Part shown: positions 47,406-60,200 of the stretch, one piece after another | Numbering within the stretch: the first letter of the stretch is position 1 | Layout: each line of letters opens with the position of its first letter | Virus record (IMG/VR): IMGVR_UViG_3300013006_000018 | Direction: 5' to 3' (one strand) | Length of the DNA stretch: 64,000 bases | DNA from: a virus | Made by a program: the position numbers and the translations under genes | The notes under the pieces: generated by a model | Told to the model about the DNA's origin: nothing | The model's database searches: none | Seen by the model: the letters and a program-made list of their open reading frames with translations, nothing else

Positions 47406-50156
47406 CTATGGTGTGAAGTATTGTGAATTGTCTGTTATAATACGGTCCTGGTTATCTGCTATTATATAAATTGTTGTATCTGTTGAAGTCGGTGTAACAG
47501 ATGGGGTCATTGTCGGAGTTAAACCTGGGGTGGTCGTAACTGTCGGTGTCGGGGTCGGTGTACAGGTTCTTGTAGGTGTATTGGTTGTCGTGCAGGTTTG
47601 AGTAATTGTTGCTGTTGGTGTATTAGTTTGTGTGGGTGTGTTGGTTACTGTGTTTGTAGGTGTTACTGTACCTGTATTCGTAGGTGTACGCGACGGTGTA
47701 ACGTTCGGTGTAGGTGTATGTGACGGTGTAACGTTTGGTGTAGGGGTAAATGAAGGGGTCACAGTGCATGATGGTGTATTTGTAGGTGTAGCTGGCGGAC
47801 GAAAGTCTGGGCTCTTTGTATTATCTATAACACCGTTAATGTTGAAATTCTTAACTTCAAAATTACTACCGCATAATCCAGAGCTATAAGATAAACCGCA
47901 ATATACAGCGTTTGAAAGCGGTGTATCTTGCTGATAATAGTTAGCAGGCAGCTCAAAATTTACGTAATTTACAAAAATGTCTGTATTCTTTTTCTTTAAG
48001 TCTATTATAACGGTCCTGCCGATGTCTGTAAAACGTATTCTAGCTTTATGAAATTCTGGTTCACCGGAAGTTACTTGTTGATATAAGCTAATTGGTACCT
48101 TATATGCGGAGCTATCAAGTGAATTAGATGTATAGAGCAAAGGCCAAGTGTAATATGTAGGTCCTCTGATAGATATTGAATTAGATATCGGTACATCCCT
48201 GCCGGGCTGAATACCATAACTCGATAATGCGAAATTTCCTTTGAGATCAAATCCTATTCCTATGAGTCCTCCTGAAATACCGCCTGCAAATTGTGACCAA
48301 GGTACATATCCCGCATCATTTATCCATGCTGAAACACCAGACACCGCTGTATAACCTAAGCCGGGTCCTGGTGACCCACCACATAACGTAGAAACAAAAT
48401 TATTAAATAAGAATACACAAAAGCCTTCGTCACCCACAGGAGTTGTTCCATAGCATGCATACTCAAATGAGATAGTTAAGTCTGATTTTGTGCTAAACGA
48501 CTGTTGTAAGTAGAAAGAACCAGCTTTTCCATTGATAGGCATTTGATAAAAATCATATGACAGCGGAGTTGATGTAGGTCTCGGTGTAACCGTTGGTGTT
48601 AAGGTGGGGGTTGGTGTGTTTGTTGGTGTGGGTGTCTCGGTATAACCAACTGTCTTTGTGGGTGTCGGGGTGTATGTGGCGGTTCTGGTGGGTGAAGGTG
48701 TTAAGGTGAGGGTACCTGTATTTGTTGGTGTGTTAGTGGGGGTAGCTGTAGGTGTTAAACCTGGGGTAACAGTATTTGTGGGTGTGTTGGTTGGTGTCGG
48801 TGTTGGTGTAAACCCAACGCTGCATGTAGCTGTAGGTGTTTGTGTGGGTGACTGTGTAAAATTAGGGGTCGCGGGTGGTGTTCTTGTGGGTGTTGGAGTG
48901 ACTGTGTTTGTTGGGGTGAGTGTAATGGTCGTGGTCGGTGTCTGTGTCTGTGTTCTGGTGATTGTTACTGTGGGGGTTAGCGTTGGTGTGGGGGTGTTGG
49001 TAGCTGTAGGGGTCGGTGTTACTACATCAACCAGATTTCCTATGGAGTAACCTGAGTAATCGCTACTACCCGCGGTGTATAATACATATGTTACAAAATC
49101 TGTAAGTGAGGTTGGCTGTACGGTAAAGGCATTGTACGGATTTGTATCGCCCATTCCTAATTGCCCGAAATTATTTTGTCCGCAAACAGTTACTATGTCC
49201 CCATTAACACTATTGGGTACAGCGGATATACCTATACTATTTGTATACCCTCCAAATATACTAAATACACGTAAGCTATTTTGTAATACCGTCCAGGATG
49301 TTCTAGGTAGATTATCACTAGTACCTAACTGCCCGTGGGTATTATCTCCAGCAACCCATACCCGGTCATTCGATGAAATAGCTACGGAAAAAGCATTACC
49401 TGCATGAATACTTTTATATTTTCCTTCAATTCTTCGAAATGTGTATTGAATACCAGGTGCTCCGCCGGTACCTAATTGACCAGAAGAGTTATCACCAACA
49501 ACATATAAATCATATTCATTTGTTGTATTGCTCAATGCATTACCAGAAAGTAATAAAGCATGGGTAAGTCCGCATTTAAATGAAGTCCAGGTTCCGGTCG
49601 TTGCAGTCCAGGTAGTAAAGGAGGTACTAATATTACCGAGGCCTAATTGTCCTAACTTATTTGAACCGGCTACATAGATTTGATTGTTGCTTCTTAGTGC
49701 ATAAGAAAATCCGCTACCAGCACCAACCAGGGTATATGCAAAACCACCGTCGCTTGTAGCAACAAAAGTGTTTCTACTAATGTTTGTACCGTCACCAAGT
49801 GCACCGAAGGTATTGTTACCTGCGCCATATATGCGGCCATCAGCTAGATTAATAGCTAATGAATGAGCAACACCTGCGCCAATATTAGCCCATGTACCTG
49901 CAATAGGTTTATATACCTTTTGATTTACATTAGTACCATCACCTAACTGACCAGATATATTATTACCTGCAGCAGATAAAGAGCCTGCATTATTAAGAAC
50001 AAAGCTATGTGCACTACCTGCGGCTACATTTGTGAGTGTATTAAGAGGGAATAGGGTTGTACGGGCTGTAATCGTAAACAGTTCGCCTTGATTGAGCAGT
50101 CCTAATTGACCATGATGGTTGCTCCCTATACGTGAAAAAATAGTATTATTAGCCAT
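47406..50156 (-). CDS. RCC1/BLIP-II propeller + PT stalk + legume-type lectin + PT stalk protein
   Basis: About 7 G.N..GQLG/AG..HS repeats; GDEGFCVFL...GLGY...IGIGFD..GNF. Confidence 0.8.
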   Translation of the reverse strand: MANNTIFSRIGSNHHGQLGLLNQGELFTITARTTLFPLNTLTNVAAGSAHSFVLNNAGSLSAAGNNISGQLGDGTNVNQKVYKPIAGTWANIGAGVAHSLAINLADGRIYGAGNNTFGALGDGTNISRNTFVATSDGGFAYTLVGAGSGFSYALRSNNQIYVAGSNKLGQLGLGNISTSFTTWTATTGTWTSFKCGLTHALLLSGNALSNTTNEYDLYVVGDNSSGQLGTGGAPGIQYTFRRIEGKYKSIHAGNAFSVAISSNDRVWVAGDNTHGQLGTSDNLPRTSWTVLQNSLRVFSIFGGYTNSIGISAVPNSVNGDIVTVCGQNNFGQLGMGDTNPYNAFTVQPTSLTDFVTYVLYTAGSSDYSGYSIGNLVDVVTPTPTATNTPTPTLTPTVTITRTQTQTPTTTITLTPTNTVTPTPTRTPPATPNFTQSPTQTPTATCSVGFTPTPTPTNTPTNTVTPGLTPTATPTNTPTNTGTLTLTPSPTRTATYTPTPTKTVGYTETPTPTNTPTPTLTPTVTPRPTSTPLSYDFYQMPINGKAGSFYLQQSFSTKSDLTISFEYACYGTTPVGDEGFCVFLFNNFVSTLCGGSPGPGLGYTAVSGVSAWINDAGYVPWSQFAGGISGGLIGIGFDLKGNFALSSYGIQPGRDVPISNSISIRGPTYYTWPLLYTSNSLDSSAYKVPISLYQQVTSGEPEFHKARIRFTDIGRTVIIDLKKKNTDIFVNYVNFELPANYYQQDTPLSNAVYCGLSYSSGLCGSNFEVKNFNINGVIDNTKSPDFRPPATPTNTPSCTVTPSFTPTPNVTPSHTPTPNVTPSRTPTNTGTVTPTNTVTNTPTQTNTPTATITQTCTTTNTPTRTCTPTPTPTVTTTPGLTPTMTPSVTPTSTDTTIYIIADNQDRIITDNSQYFTP

Positions 50157-53100
50157 TAGTCAATACCAAATACAAAGGTTCCATTGTTAATATTTAAATT
50201 GCCTGGTGAATTAAGCACGGTTTGTGTCTTAAAATATGCAGGTAAGTTGTTGAGTACAACATTACTTGCAGATAACCCGAAAGCTATATGGAGCGTATTA
50301 GCAGAAGGCATATACATGTTTGTTGAGGTATTCTCTAGGATACCATTAAAATACTTGAAGCCGTGTTTAAACATATAACTAGCATCCGAAGTATCTTTAC
50401 CGAGATATGTTACGAAAAAGGTTTCTGAATCTGCGTCATAACTCAACATCGATTTTTCGGTATAGTTAATATTAATATTAAGTTTTGAGGAGTTATTATC
50501 TAGTGTAAAGATAGGATCAGGATAGCTACCTTCATATGAAATTGAATTTGTATTGTCAGTTATTAATGAAAAATCTTTGAAGTTAAATATTTCGGGAGAG
50601 CCTTGTACGTTAAGCTGGGTATTTGGGTATTCCTTATGGATTCTACAATCTAATAAGCTTACCGAATACATTTCAGGTACTATCGTTTTATATATGGAAC
50701 CACTTAACAGGTGTAGTACTGTATTTTTACTAAAATAAAGTTTTTTCTCTTTTTCGTTAAAGAATATTGTTGAAATATCTTCTAAAGCATCTGAATTAAT
50801 ATGCTTTTGAATAAGATTAATATTATTTGAGGAGCTCTTGAGTGTATTGTCTGTATAATCAAATAATAATTTTTCAAAAATAACATAACTTTCTGTCTCT
50901 AAATACAGTACATCATAGTAAACATCGAAATTTATAAGTTTATTATTAATCTCGTCTTTTATTGTATCGGTATACTTAACAAACACCGCGCTTAAAGCTG
51001 AAGATACAGGCTCTATGATAGTACTATTTGAATTACGATAGTAGAGATCACCATAGTTAACAAAATTTGTATGATATATGTCTTGCTTTTCCAGGATTGA
51101 ATCCTGGTTATCGGCGTACAACGTTGTCCGACCAGGTATTCTTAAATTAATAAAATTTGAACGCTCAGTATATAGCGGTTCATTAAAGCTTACAGGGCTA
51201 CCACAAGGTGACGTTCCGTTTACTAGAAATACAAACCCATCTATACTAGTCACATTAGAAAGCGGTGCTTGATATGTAAAATCTGGAGGATAACCATAAA
51301 CAGGTCTATAGCCTGGTGCTGTAGGGTTTGCTGCACCATCAATGAGTTCGCTATAGTAAACCCTATAGGAAGCAGGGTTAAAGCTTGGATTATCGCTCGG
51401 ATAGTCTATAAGTTCTGCAGATGTCTGTGAAACAAAAGTTAAACCATCCTTATAATTACAACTATAAAACGTCTCTACAGTCTCAGAGCAGAATATTTCT
51501 GGTAAAAAATTATATGAAACAATATTAGTAAATTCGCCTTCTGGTAAACCGAAAGTAGGTACCCCATCATTATAATAAAAAGTGGAAAGCGGTGACTGAT
51601 CTGTATAACGCTTTAGTGGGTAGTCTGTATAAGAATAAGGAATATAGTATCCAGTACCTGGTGGCATATTAGTAGTTGTTTTTAACTCAAAATTATATAT
51701 AAAGGGATTTAAGGCCCCGCCATTAATAATAGAACAAAGTTTTAATCCTTCAGATTCTTTTTGTCCAACTACAGAAGGAAGTACCGCCAGAGGCTGTACG
51801 AACTTAAATAGCCCGTAGCTATTACCGTAAACATCTGATTTAAATTGAACAAGACTTTTATTTGTCGGTATGAGGGTCTTACTTCTGTTATTTATAGGAA
51901 ATTTATCAGCGGGTATTAAAGGGTATACATCTTCGTTAGCCCATACATTCTTAAGATATGAAGTAAAGAAATCTTGAGGGTCGGATTGTCTGTGTATTCC
52001 GTAGTTAATATACTCCAGGGACTGCTCCCTTGACTGATAAGCTCTAAATGTTTGTAGTTTACTATCTGTATATACATCACCAAACCGATATTGATTTGAA
52101 ATATCAATTTTATTGAAATAGTTATATTCAATAAATTTTAAGGGCGAATTAAATTCTTCTAGGGTAGTATTAGATATATTACCGTACTTGGATGGATCGG
52201 GAAATATATAGACAGAATTAGGAGCTAAGGTATCATAATTAAAATATGGTGTAAAGTTGAATGATGTAAATACGGATAACCCTAGTTTATCTGGTTTAAA
52301 GAACCCGCCAACCTCTTTTAATGTCTTTTGATTATTGGTGTCCTCTAGAACAGCAACAGTAGGATATCGCTTATTTACATAATTGGCATATGAATTTTTT
52401 GCTTTATAAACAATACCTGAAACATAATCATAGATAGTTGAACCAGTAGAGACATAGTAAAAATCTGTACCAATATATTTTTCAATTCCTAATTTTTTAA
52501 TGTTTAAATTTAAATTTTCATTGGTACCAGTGTTAACAGTATTAATAAAATCACTATCTTTTAAAAAGTAAAATTGTTCGGCAGATGAAGCCGGTGGTGT
52601 AATAGTAAAATTGTTTGTGCCTAATTCTTCTAAGAAGAATGGATAACTTGTAATGGCTTGTATTATTGATCTTGAAAAATCTAACGAAACATACGGGTCA
52701 CTATCATAAACGTTTAATTCAAAGTAAGTTTTCCTATCTCCGGAAGGATTATATGCCGTTAAAGGGACGTTGGGGCTAATATCATAATAATAGTCTGATG
52801 TATCATATAACTCCTCAACACCGATATTTAAATTATTTCGTATATCAGAAAGAGAGACATTTAGTGTCTTGATGATATCGGTTATATCTGCTGCTTCTAA
52901 TGCTTTTGATATTTCATTATAGATACCTTTTTGTATACCGTAGTTTGATCCACGTAAATTATTCTTAATCGGCGCGGTCTTGACGTCATCTCTAAGTGTA
53001 CTATAATAAAGACATATTTCTTTAATTTTCTTCGCAAAAAAAGGAATTACAGTTACTAATTCTCTATTATTATTAAAATCTATATTAGTTAAAAACCGTT

Positions 53101-53386
53101 TTTCATCCGGTGTTATATAGTTTAAGACGATTTCCTTGAGAAGAGTTACATATAGGTCCTTTATAGACGTATTATTTGTAAGTTCTTTATTATTCTGTAC
53201 ACTATACCAGATGTTTAAATATGTTTGGTATCTATTTAGAAATATTTCAGCTGTATCAAAAATCTTATTATTGTATGTTAACCACTGTTTAAAGGTAAAG
53301 GGTGATGTCTTGTCTAAGCCTGATTTATTGCCAGACGTAATAGACACTTCCAGTGTATTACTCTGTAGTTCAAGTATATCAGGCAT
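50156..53386 (-). CDS. Large virion structural protein
   Basis: 1076-aa ORF in the baseplate region; TAAATA 53392-53397. Confidence 0.55.
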   Translation of the reverse strand: MPDILELQSNTLEVSITSGNKSGLDKTSPFTFKQWLTYNNKIFDTAEIFLNRYQTYLNIWYSVQNNKELTNNTSIKDLYVTLLKEIVLNYITPDEKRFLTNIDFNNNRELVTVIPFFAKKIKEICLYYSTLRDDVKTAPIKNNLRGSNYGIQKGIYNEISKALEAADITDIIKTLNVSLSDIRNNLNIGVEELYDTSDYYYDISPNVPLTAYNPSGDRKTYFELNVYDSDPYVSLDFSRSIIQAITSYPFFLEELGTNNFTITPPASSAEQFYFLKDSDFINTVNTGTNENLNLNIKKLGIEKYIGTDFYYVSTGSTIYDYVSGIVYKAKNSYANYVNKRYPTVAVLEDTNNQKTLKEVGGFFKPDKLGLSVFTSFNFTPYFNYDTLAPNSVYIFPDPSKYGNISNTTLEEFNSPLKFIEYNYFNKIDISNQYRFGDVYTDSKLQTFRAYQSREQSLEYINYGIHRQSDPQDFFTSYLKNVWANEDVYPLIPADKFPINNRSKTLIPTNKSLVQFKSDVYGNSYGLFKFVQPLAVLPSVVGQKESEGLKLCSIINGGALNPFIYNFELKTTTNMPPGTGYYIPYSYTDYPLKRYTDQSPLSTFYYNDGVPTFGLPEGEFTNIVSYNFLPEIFCSETVETFYSCNYKDGLTFVSQTSAELIDYPSDNPSFNPASYRVYYSELIDGAANPTAPGYRPVYGYPPDFTYQAPLSNVTSIDGFVFLVNGTSPCGSPVSFNEPLYTERSNFINLRIPGRTTLYADNQDSILEKQDIYHTNFVNYGDLYYRNSNSTIIEPVSSALSAVFVKYTDTIKDEINNKLINFDVYYDVLYLETESYVIFEKLLFDYTDNTLKSSSNNINLIQKHINSDALEDISTIFFNEKEKKLYFSKNTVLHLLSGSIYKTIVPEMYSVSLLDCRIHKEYPNTQLNVQGSPEIFNFKDFSLITDNTNSISYEGSYPDPIFTLDNNSSKLNININYTEKSMLSYDADSETFFVTYLGKDTSDASYMFKHGFKYFNGILENTSTNMYMPSANTLHIAFGLSASNVVLNNLPAYFKTQTVLNSPGNLNINNGTFVFGID

Positions 53387-53419
53387 TTAATTATTTATTA
53401 AAAACCTTGTTTTTGTGTT

Positions 53420-53605
53420 TTAAATGTCGGTAGGGTCAGAACTAAAGCAATCTTCTATGTTAAAATTCACAAAAGACATATCGGCCAATTCATCACTCGT
53501 AAAAAATTCACTAACAGCTATTTCTTCGTCCGGGGTTAATGCTTGATTGTTATCATGTTTTTCTTTTAAGAAATTAAATACTTCTGTTTTATTATTAAAG
53601 TTCAT
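53420..53605 (-). CDS. Small acidic hypothetical protein
   Basis: ORF; TAAATA 53611-53616. Confidence 0.55.
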   Translation of the reverse strand: MNFNNKTEVFNFLKEKHDNNQALTPDEEIAVSEFFTSDELADMSFVNFNIEDCFSSDPTDI

Positions 53606-53619
53606 AAAATTATTTAATT

Positions 53620-56169
53620 TTAATAAACAAGCAATCTAGCGCTCATCATCGAATGTAGACCGCATTGCAGATAATATGTCCCTGAATTTGGTACCGTCCA
53701 AGTCATCGTACCGGTTGTGGCGCCGTTGTTTTCAACACCAGCAGTTACATTTGAACTAGGTGGGTTACCGGTGTTACCTTCGGTTTCTACTATATAAAGA
53801 GGATGTTCACCACCAAAATTACCTCTTACAAAGGAGTATGTTAATCCTTTTTTCAGAATAATATCCTTACCGGAATTAAGAGATGTTTTTCCGGCTACTC
53901 GGTATGTATTACCGTAAAACCCGATATCAAAAGGAGCGCCCATCCCGTTTGAATATATGTTGTAAATAAGAGGTGAGAATGTATCTGATTTACTAAAATT
54001 GACTATATAACCTAAATCCTTTAACGCACCTAATGTTATTTTAGAACAGGGCATATCATATGAACCCTCTGAAATAGGTGTCATAAGTTCATCGTTCAAG
54101 CAAGGTGCTCCTGGTGTACTGCTGCCATAATATTTTCTATCATCATTACCCACGCTACCACCATTGAAACCTTCATCCCAATGTGATCCAATAGAACCAA
54201 ACCCTAAACCGTTTTCAACTGGAATGGCGCTAAGATTTAAATTAAATGCAGTATTATATGCACTCACAGCATGAGAAGAGCTAACCGCTGTATTATATAA
54301 ATTAAATGCGGCAGGGTAATCAGCATCTCCAATATAAGAATAATTATTACCTATTGTTGTAAGTTTACCGATATCTGTACTTGTTCGGCTATGGTTAAGA
54401 GTACTTAGTGAGTAGAAGAAATTAGCGCTTAACCCAAGACCAAGAGGGTTCTCAGTTGTATCACCTCCCCCTACTATATAACAACTATATAAATTTAAAC
54501 CGCTTCTGGAGTACCATAATGAACCTACACCGAGGGCGTGAGCTAATTCATGTAATACTGTGTAATAAAACCCATTCTTACCGCCTGCAGTACTCAGAGC
54601 TAGATACTGTGAATTATAATAGGTATTTAAATACAAATAAGATCTATAAGGAATACCGTATTGCGAGGTGTACAGTTCTGAACTTCTTCTTACCGCATTA
54701 ATACCGCAGGCACCTAAAGTTCCATTGTTACCTGCGTTACTGGCAGTTATAAATACCATTAAAGATGTATTACCAGCTGCGATTAGAGGGTTAGGAACAT
54801 ATTCAGATCCTGTATAAACTGTTGATGCTTCGGCTTTTGAATTAAACGTACTGCCGGATAATGCTAGTCCCCAGAAGTCTAGAGCAGATAAAATATTATT
54901 CGTAGCGGTTGTATCAAACCCGGGTGATTTATCTAGAATAGCAGAAATAGGATATCCGATAGAAACATACACATCCTCACCGCTGTTTTTATAATTAACA
55001 TAATAATTGCCTTGTCCTCTATACCCATTTGAAGGGCCTGAAGTTGATGGTGTAACTTGAGGGGTAGCTGAAGGAGTTGGTGTAACAGAGGGTGGAGTAG
55101 TAGATGGTGTTGGTGTGGGTGTTGTAGTAGGTGTAATTGCTGGTGTGGAAGTCGAAGAAGGGGGTGTAGGAGAAGGTGTCTTCGTCTGTGTCATTGTTAA
55201 GGTTGGTGTCGGAGTAGGATTCGAGGTTGCAGAAGGCGTTGCCCCGGGTGGTAGGGTATTGGTAGGTGTTAATGTAGGTGTTCTTGTTGGTGTACCTGTC
55301 GGTGTTGGTGTAACCCCTGTACTAAAATATACATTTCCTGCAGTGAATACACCAAAGAATTGCGGGTAATCATAACCAAAATTACTTAAACTATAACCAA
55401 ACGGTGATCCAATTCTAGCACCTGTAAAGTCAATTTGTATACGGGCTGCACCATCAACCCAGATACGCATTGGAGGAATTGAAGGTAATCCGCCTTGACC
55501 GGTATTGCTAAAGTAGAATTTATCTTGATAATTATTTTCTGAGAACATCGTTACATCATCGGTGGTGGTATTACCGATAACGTTATAATTAAAAGGGTTA
55601 GGCGTTACCGTCGGCGTAACTGTTGGTGTGAGGGTTGGTGTACTTGTGGGCCCTGGTGTCTCTGTTGGTCCTGGTGTCTCTGTTGGTGTTGGTGAGACTT
55701 GCGGTGTACTAGATTGCGATGGGGTTACAGAGGGTGTTGCTCCAATTGTTAGAGAAGGGGTTGGTGTATTTGTTGTGGTGGGTGTAACAGCAGGTGTACT
55801 AGTCGAAGTAGGTGTAGCGGTTAGTGTTTCTTGTGGGGTAGGTGTACATGTTTTTGTAGGAGTTACTGTATTAGTTGGTGTCTTTGTTATTGTAGGGGTA
55901 GGCGTGGGTGATTTTGTGAGAGAAGGTGTCGGTGTGTTTGTAGCTGTCTGCGATGGTGTAACCGATGCTGTCGGTGTGTTGGTCGGTGTTATTGAAGGTG
56001 TTGGAGAATTTGAAGGGGTGGGTGTTACAGGTATGCCGATATCACTATTACCAGCACCACCGCGCTGCATAACATTATTAAAGCTGATTCTATTAATACG
56101 ACTTTGTCGTGCAGCATTATTAGCATCAATACCTTCAAAAATCCGTGTGTTAGGTCTAACGATAGCCAT
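53620..56169 (-). CDS. PT-stalked M8 (leishmanolysin-like) zinc metalloprotease with C-terminal cupredoxin-like domain
   Basis: VLHELAHALG, GSHWDE, ELMTP, SKITLGALKDLGY; HPLYI...YYLQCGLHSMM. Confidence 0.82.
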   Translation of the reverse strand: MAIVRPNTRIFEGIDANNAARQSRINRISFNNVMQRGGAGNSDIGIPVTPTPSNSPTPSITPTNTPTASVTPSQTATNTPTPSLTKSPTPTPTITKTPTNTVTPTKTCTPTPQETLTATPTSTSTPAVTPTTTNTPTPSLTIGATPSVTPSQSSTPQVSPTPTETPGPTETPGPTSTPTLTPTVTPTVTPNPFNYNVIGNTTTDDVTMFSENNYQDKFYFSNTGQGGLPSIPPMRIWVDGAARIQIDFTGARIGSPFGYSLSNFGYDYPQFFGVFTAGNVYFSTGVTPTPTGTPTRTPTLTPTNTLPPGATPSATSNPTPTPTLTMTQTKTPSPTPPSSTSTPAITPTTTPTPTPSTTPPSVTPTPSATPQVTPSTSGPSNGYRGQGNYYVNYKNSGEDVYVSIGYPISAILDKSPGFDTTATNNILSALDFWGLALSGSTFNSKAEASTVYTGSEYVPNPLIAAGNTSLMVFITASNAGNNGTLGACGINAVRRSSELYTSQYGIPYRSYLYLNTYYNSQYLALSTAGGKNGFYYTVLHELAHALGVGSLWYSRSGLNLYSCYIVGGGDTTENPLGLGLSANFFYSLSTLNHSRTSTDIGKLTTIGNNYSYIGDADYPAAFNLYNTAVSSSHAVSAYNTAFNLNLSAIPVENGLGFGSIGSHWDEGFNGGSVGNDDRKYYGSSTPGAPCLNDELMTPISEGSYDMPCSKITLGALKDLGYIVNFSKSDTFSPLIYNIYSNGMGAPFDIGFYGNTYRVAGKTSLNSGKDIILKKGLTYSFVRGNFGGEHPLYIVETEGNTGNPPSSNVTAGVENNGATTGTMTWTVPNSGTYYLQCGLHSMMSARLLVY

Positions 56170-56183
56170 TTATATTATTTATA

Positions 56184-57257
56184 TTATGTGATTTGAAAAT
56201 TATCACTAATTGTATCATAACCTATACCATTAAACATCCCTGGTGTGGGGGTTATAGAAGGAGTAATTGACGGTGTTATTGTCACGGAAGGAGTTATTGA
56301 GGCGGTTACAGTTACTGTGGGGGTTATTGTAGGTGTTGGTGTATTTGTTGCTGTCTGCGACGGTGTAACTGATGCTGTCGGCGTTTTGGTCGGTGTTATT
56401 GAAGGTGTTGGAGAATTTGTCAGTGTATTTGTCGGTGTTACTGTAGGTGTTGCTGTTGCTGTTGGTGTCGCTGTTTGTGTAGGTGTTTGTGTTTGCGTCT
56501 GAGTAGGTGTCTGTGTTTGCGTCTGAGTAGGTGTTTGTGTTTGAGTCTTTGTTGGGGTTGCTGTGACAGCAATAGTTGGAGTAACGGAAGGAGTGACTGT
56601 AGGTGTAAAAGTATTTGTTGGTGTTACTGAAGGTGTATTTGTGTTAGTCGGTGTTATGGACGGTGTGTTAGTATTTGTAGGTGTTACTGTAGGTGTATTT
56701 GTGTTAGTCGGTGTTATGGACGGTGTGTTAGTATTTGTAGGTGTATTGGTTTGTGTTTGTGTGGTTGTTGGTGTTGGTGTTTTTGTAACGGTTACTGTGG
56801 GTGTTGATGTTTTAGTAACAGAAGGTGTAATGGTTTGTGTCTGTGTGGATGTAATTGAAGGGGTCGGTGTAGATGCAGATGTAGTGGACGGTGTATTTGT
56901 ATTCGTGGGTGTAGCAGTCGGTGTTGGTGTTGGATAAAGTGTATTTGTGGGGGTAGCTGTTTGTGTAATAGTTGGTGTAGGTGTTCTTGTCTGGGTAATT
57001 GACGGTGTTATTGTTGTGGTAGGTGTAGGTGTTGATGTAGTATATGGTGATTCTGTTGGGGTAGCAGTTTGCGTACTGGTAATGGTCGGTGTTGGTGTAT
57101 ATGTGTTTGAAGGAGTCGGTGTAGGGGGTATGGCTACATCACGCGCAACACTATCACTGCCTAGAATCGCTTTAAAATTTGGCTGTAATCTATTTGTTCT
57201 ATCTTTTCGTATATAGTTATTTTTATTAATAACTTCTCTAATAGGTAATATAGCCAT
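56184..57257 (-). CDS. Almost pure Thr/Pro/Ser mucin-like protein
   Basis: About 295 of 357 aa are TPT/TQT repeats; N-terminus paralogous to that of 53620..56169. Confidence 0.75.
   Translation of the reverse strand: MAILPIREVINKNNYIRKDRTNRLQPNFKAILGSDSVARDVAIPPTPTPSNTYTPTPTITSTQTATPTESPYTTSTPTPTTTITPSITQTRTPTPTITQTATPTNTLYPTPTPTATPTNTNTPSTTSASTPTPSITSTQTQTITPSVTKTSTPTVTVTKTPTPTTTQTQTNTPTNTNTPSITPTNTNTPTVTPTNTNTPSITPTNTNTPSVTPTNTFTPTVTPSVTPTIAVTATPTKTQTQTPTQTQTQTPTQTQTQTPTQTATPTATATPTVTPTNTLTNSPTPSITPTKTPTASVTPSQTATNTPTPTITPTVTVTASITPSVTITPSITPSITPTPGMFNGIGYDTISDNFQIT
56631..56744 (-). repeat. Exact 54-bp direct repeat with 60-bp period inside the mucin gene
   Basis: 56631-56684 is identical to 56691-56744. 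Confidence 0.85.
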
Positions 57258-57260
57258 ATA

Positions 57261-60200
57261 TTACCCTAGAACGTTTAATCCTTTTGTAAGATAATAGGAT
57301 AAAATATTGCTGACAATTCCTTCGTCTGAAACCCAGCTTGTATAGGAGCTGTTTGCTGGTGCAAGAGTTGTTAGATCATCTTGCCAGTTAATAATATTGT
57401 TGTAATAAGAGTTTTCATAACGTGGTATAAAATTATAAAATTTATAATAGTTACCTATATAGCTGCCTGAAACGCTATCTGAGGCCACTAATCCCCAGCC
57501 CCACATAGAAGAATAATTAGATAGCGGGAAACTATTTGTTGAATTGTATATTTTATTTGTATTTACTACAGTATAAGTATCGGAGAAAATTTCATAAGCT
57601 ACAATAGGTGTACCGCCAGAGATAGAACTTGTGAGTGTTGATAACTCAGTACCTCTATTAATAGCAAAATACGGACTATTAATAGTACCCTTATCATAAA
57701 AGTTTAAATCAAATTTATTTTGATCGCCCCACAACCCTTTATGTTTAATAGAAAGTAGATCTACTAATCTTCTAACTTTAGGAGGGAAAGGATAATTATA
57801 ATTTTCAAATTGTACTCCAAGTTCATAACAAAAAGATACAAGAGAATCAACACTGCATTTATCAAGATCACTATTATTGTCAATAAAGTTAGCTATTTTT
57901 TCATATACTGTCTTACCAAGGGATTCAGGAGCAGAACTTAATCCACCTACTATGGTTCCTAAGAAATCATTAAAGAGGGTGTTATAGCTAAATAAATAGT
58001 CTTGAAATGTAATTTGCTTGTAATAATCTGCCATATCGAAGTTTTCATTAATTTTTGAAATATTATATTTACCGGTATCAGGATATAAATTAAAGACGTT
58101 TGATATGCCTGTAATTGTTCTTCTTAGAGCTTCAGAAAACATATATTTGTTAATCCATCTGAACCCGTTCCAATCTCCATAAGCTTGGTACCTATTTTCT
58201 TCCCATGCAGATAGAGGATACTCAGGGCCACCCGCAAGATCAGGTAAGCTTGAAGTATTATTTATAAGATACGGTTCGTTCAAGGCATCTACATAGTATA
58301 TTTTTCTATCAAAATTATTAATGGCCCATATATACTGCGCCGTATCGCAAACTATACCGTCTATACTCTGTATGTGGTTTGTATTATTTGCAGATCCAAC
58401 ACTGACATCTGTTTTATAACCTGTATATGAATCAACACGAGTAATTGTATCCCTATCGTGCGATACCCATGCATTTTGTCCGCCGTCGACACAGATGTTA
58501 CCTATTAATCTAAAGCCGCTAAGAGGATAACCGGGTACTATATCACCGTAAGTGTCAAATTTAAACAAATAATCATTACGTGCAGAAAGATTATATGCAC
58601 TAACAGTTGTGTTGTTTAAGCATGTCAACCAAACGTTCTTATTTCTATCGACACATAATTCTACAGGTGAAAACAAAGGAGGCATTACAATAGTTCGTAG
58701 TAAAGAACCCGTAGTACTATATTTCACGACTAATGAGCTCACCGGGTGGGTGTATGCAACCCATAGATTATTTTCAAAGTCAGTATCAACAGATGCAGGT
58801 AAAAGAGTATTTTCACCAGCGAACCCACTAAGTTGCGGTAAAGTATAATCACTACTAAGCTGGTAAACTAGATTTTGATAACTTGGATATGCAACGTTTG
58901 TTATAACACCGGACAGCGCATGTATTTTTACAACAGAAACGCTATCAAATAATGATACCCATATATTTGATTCGCCGTCTAACGCTATACTATTAGGAGC
59001 TGCACTATTTAAAATAGGTGATCGGTAGTTAAGATACTCAACATTACCGGCAACATCTACTATAGTTTTATAATTAGTAAAGTCAAACGCAGAAACAATA
59101 TTACCTGTAGTAGCGTCCAACTTTATAAGAGTATCTGCAACACCGTCCGCCACCCATGGTCTATAATCTTCTCCTATACCAGCACCCGATATAGCACATG
59201 CAATTGCATATTGGTTTCTGTTTGGTTCGACATCTATGTTTGTTCTAAGAGATGAAAGAAATATACCTACAGTGCCTAAGCAGTTACTAATTATTTGTTG
59301 CCTGAAGAAACGCCCTATATACCTAGATTGCGGTTGTGCGATCCAGGATATTAAAGTATCTTTGGGAAAGTTTATAGGGTCTTCTACTAGAACGGATGCG
59401 GTTAGAACAACACTTTCAACAGAGTAAGGACTTTTAAAATAACCTTTAAAGAACCCACCAACAGTTTGTGGAGCTTCTATTGTAAAATCCTCGTAAAACT
59501 TAATACCTGTTAACGGTACTATTGTTTGATCATTGTAATATTTACATATCCCGAATTGTAAGTCATAAAAACCTGTTGGTGTTGTAGAGTTCGTTATTGA
59601 AGATGATAGCGAGGAATATGTTTTTGTAGTATATCCTTCATCGTCTTTAAATTTAACAACAAAAGGTATATCGGTATTTTGCCAGCTATGAAAGGGTATA
59701 TCAAAGGATGTAGAGGATAGGGCGCCTTCACCATCTATACCATTTGTTGTAATAGAAAGCTGTTGTGCCGGGTTATGCCTTACCTTTATGATAGGCATAG
59801 TAGTGTAGTTAATATTTTGAAATCCGCCTGGGGGATAATCGACAAAATTAAAAATATTGCTGTAGGTTGAATAAAAATCTTTGAATTTACTATTATCAAT
59901 CGATGCAAAGATAATAATGGGGTTTTCACGAGATGTATAATTCTTGACTTTATCATCTACATAATGTGCTTCACATTGACCTGTTGTTCCGCAGAAGAAT
60001 GATCCTAAATCATCTTTTTGACAGAGTACTATTTCCCTATTTTCGTTAATTCTGGCGTATACTTCTACGTTGTTCGTACTTAGCTTATCCACCACTACAT
60101 ATTGTTCCGTATCACCTATCTTCTGTTTCGCATAAAACCTAGATAATAACCGTAAGTGTGACCATTTATCGGTGTAATAGCGACTTACGTTGAGATAATC

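Noticed and set aside
2145-57216. Many Val/Gly-rich ORFs (e.g. 2145..2330, 2759..3088, 12569..13150, 44987..45292, 48658..49050, 55628..56191, 56245..57216)
   Set aside because: Antisense shadows of Thr/Pro-rich codon repeats, not independent genes
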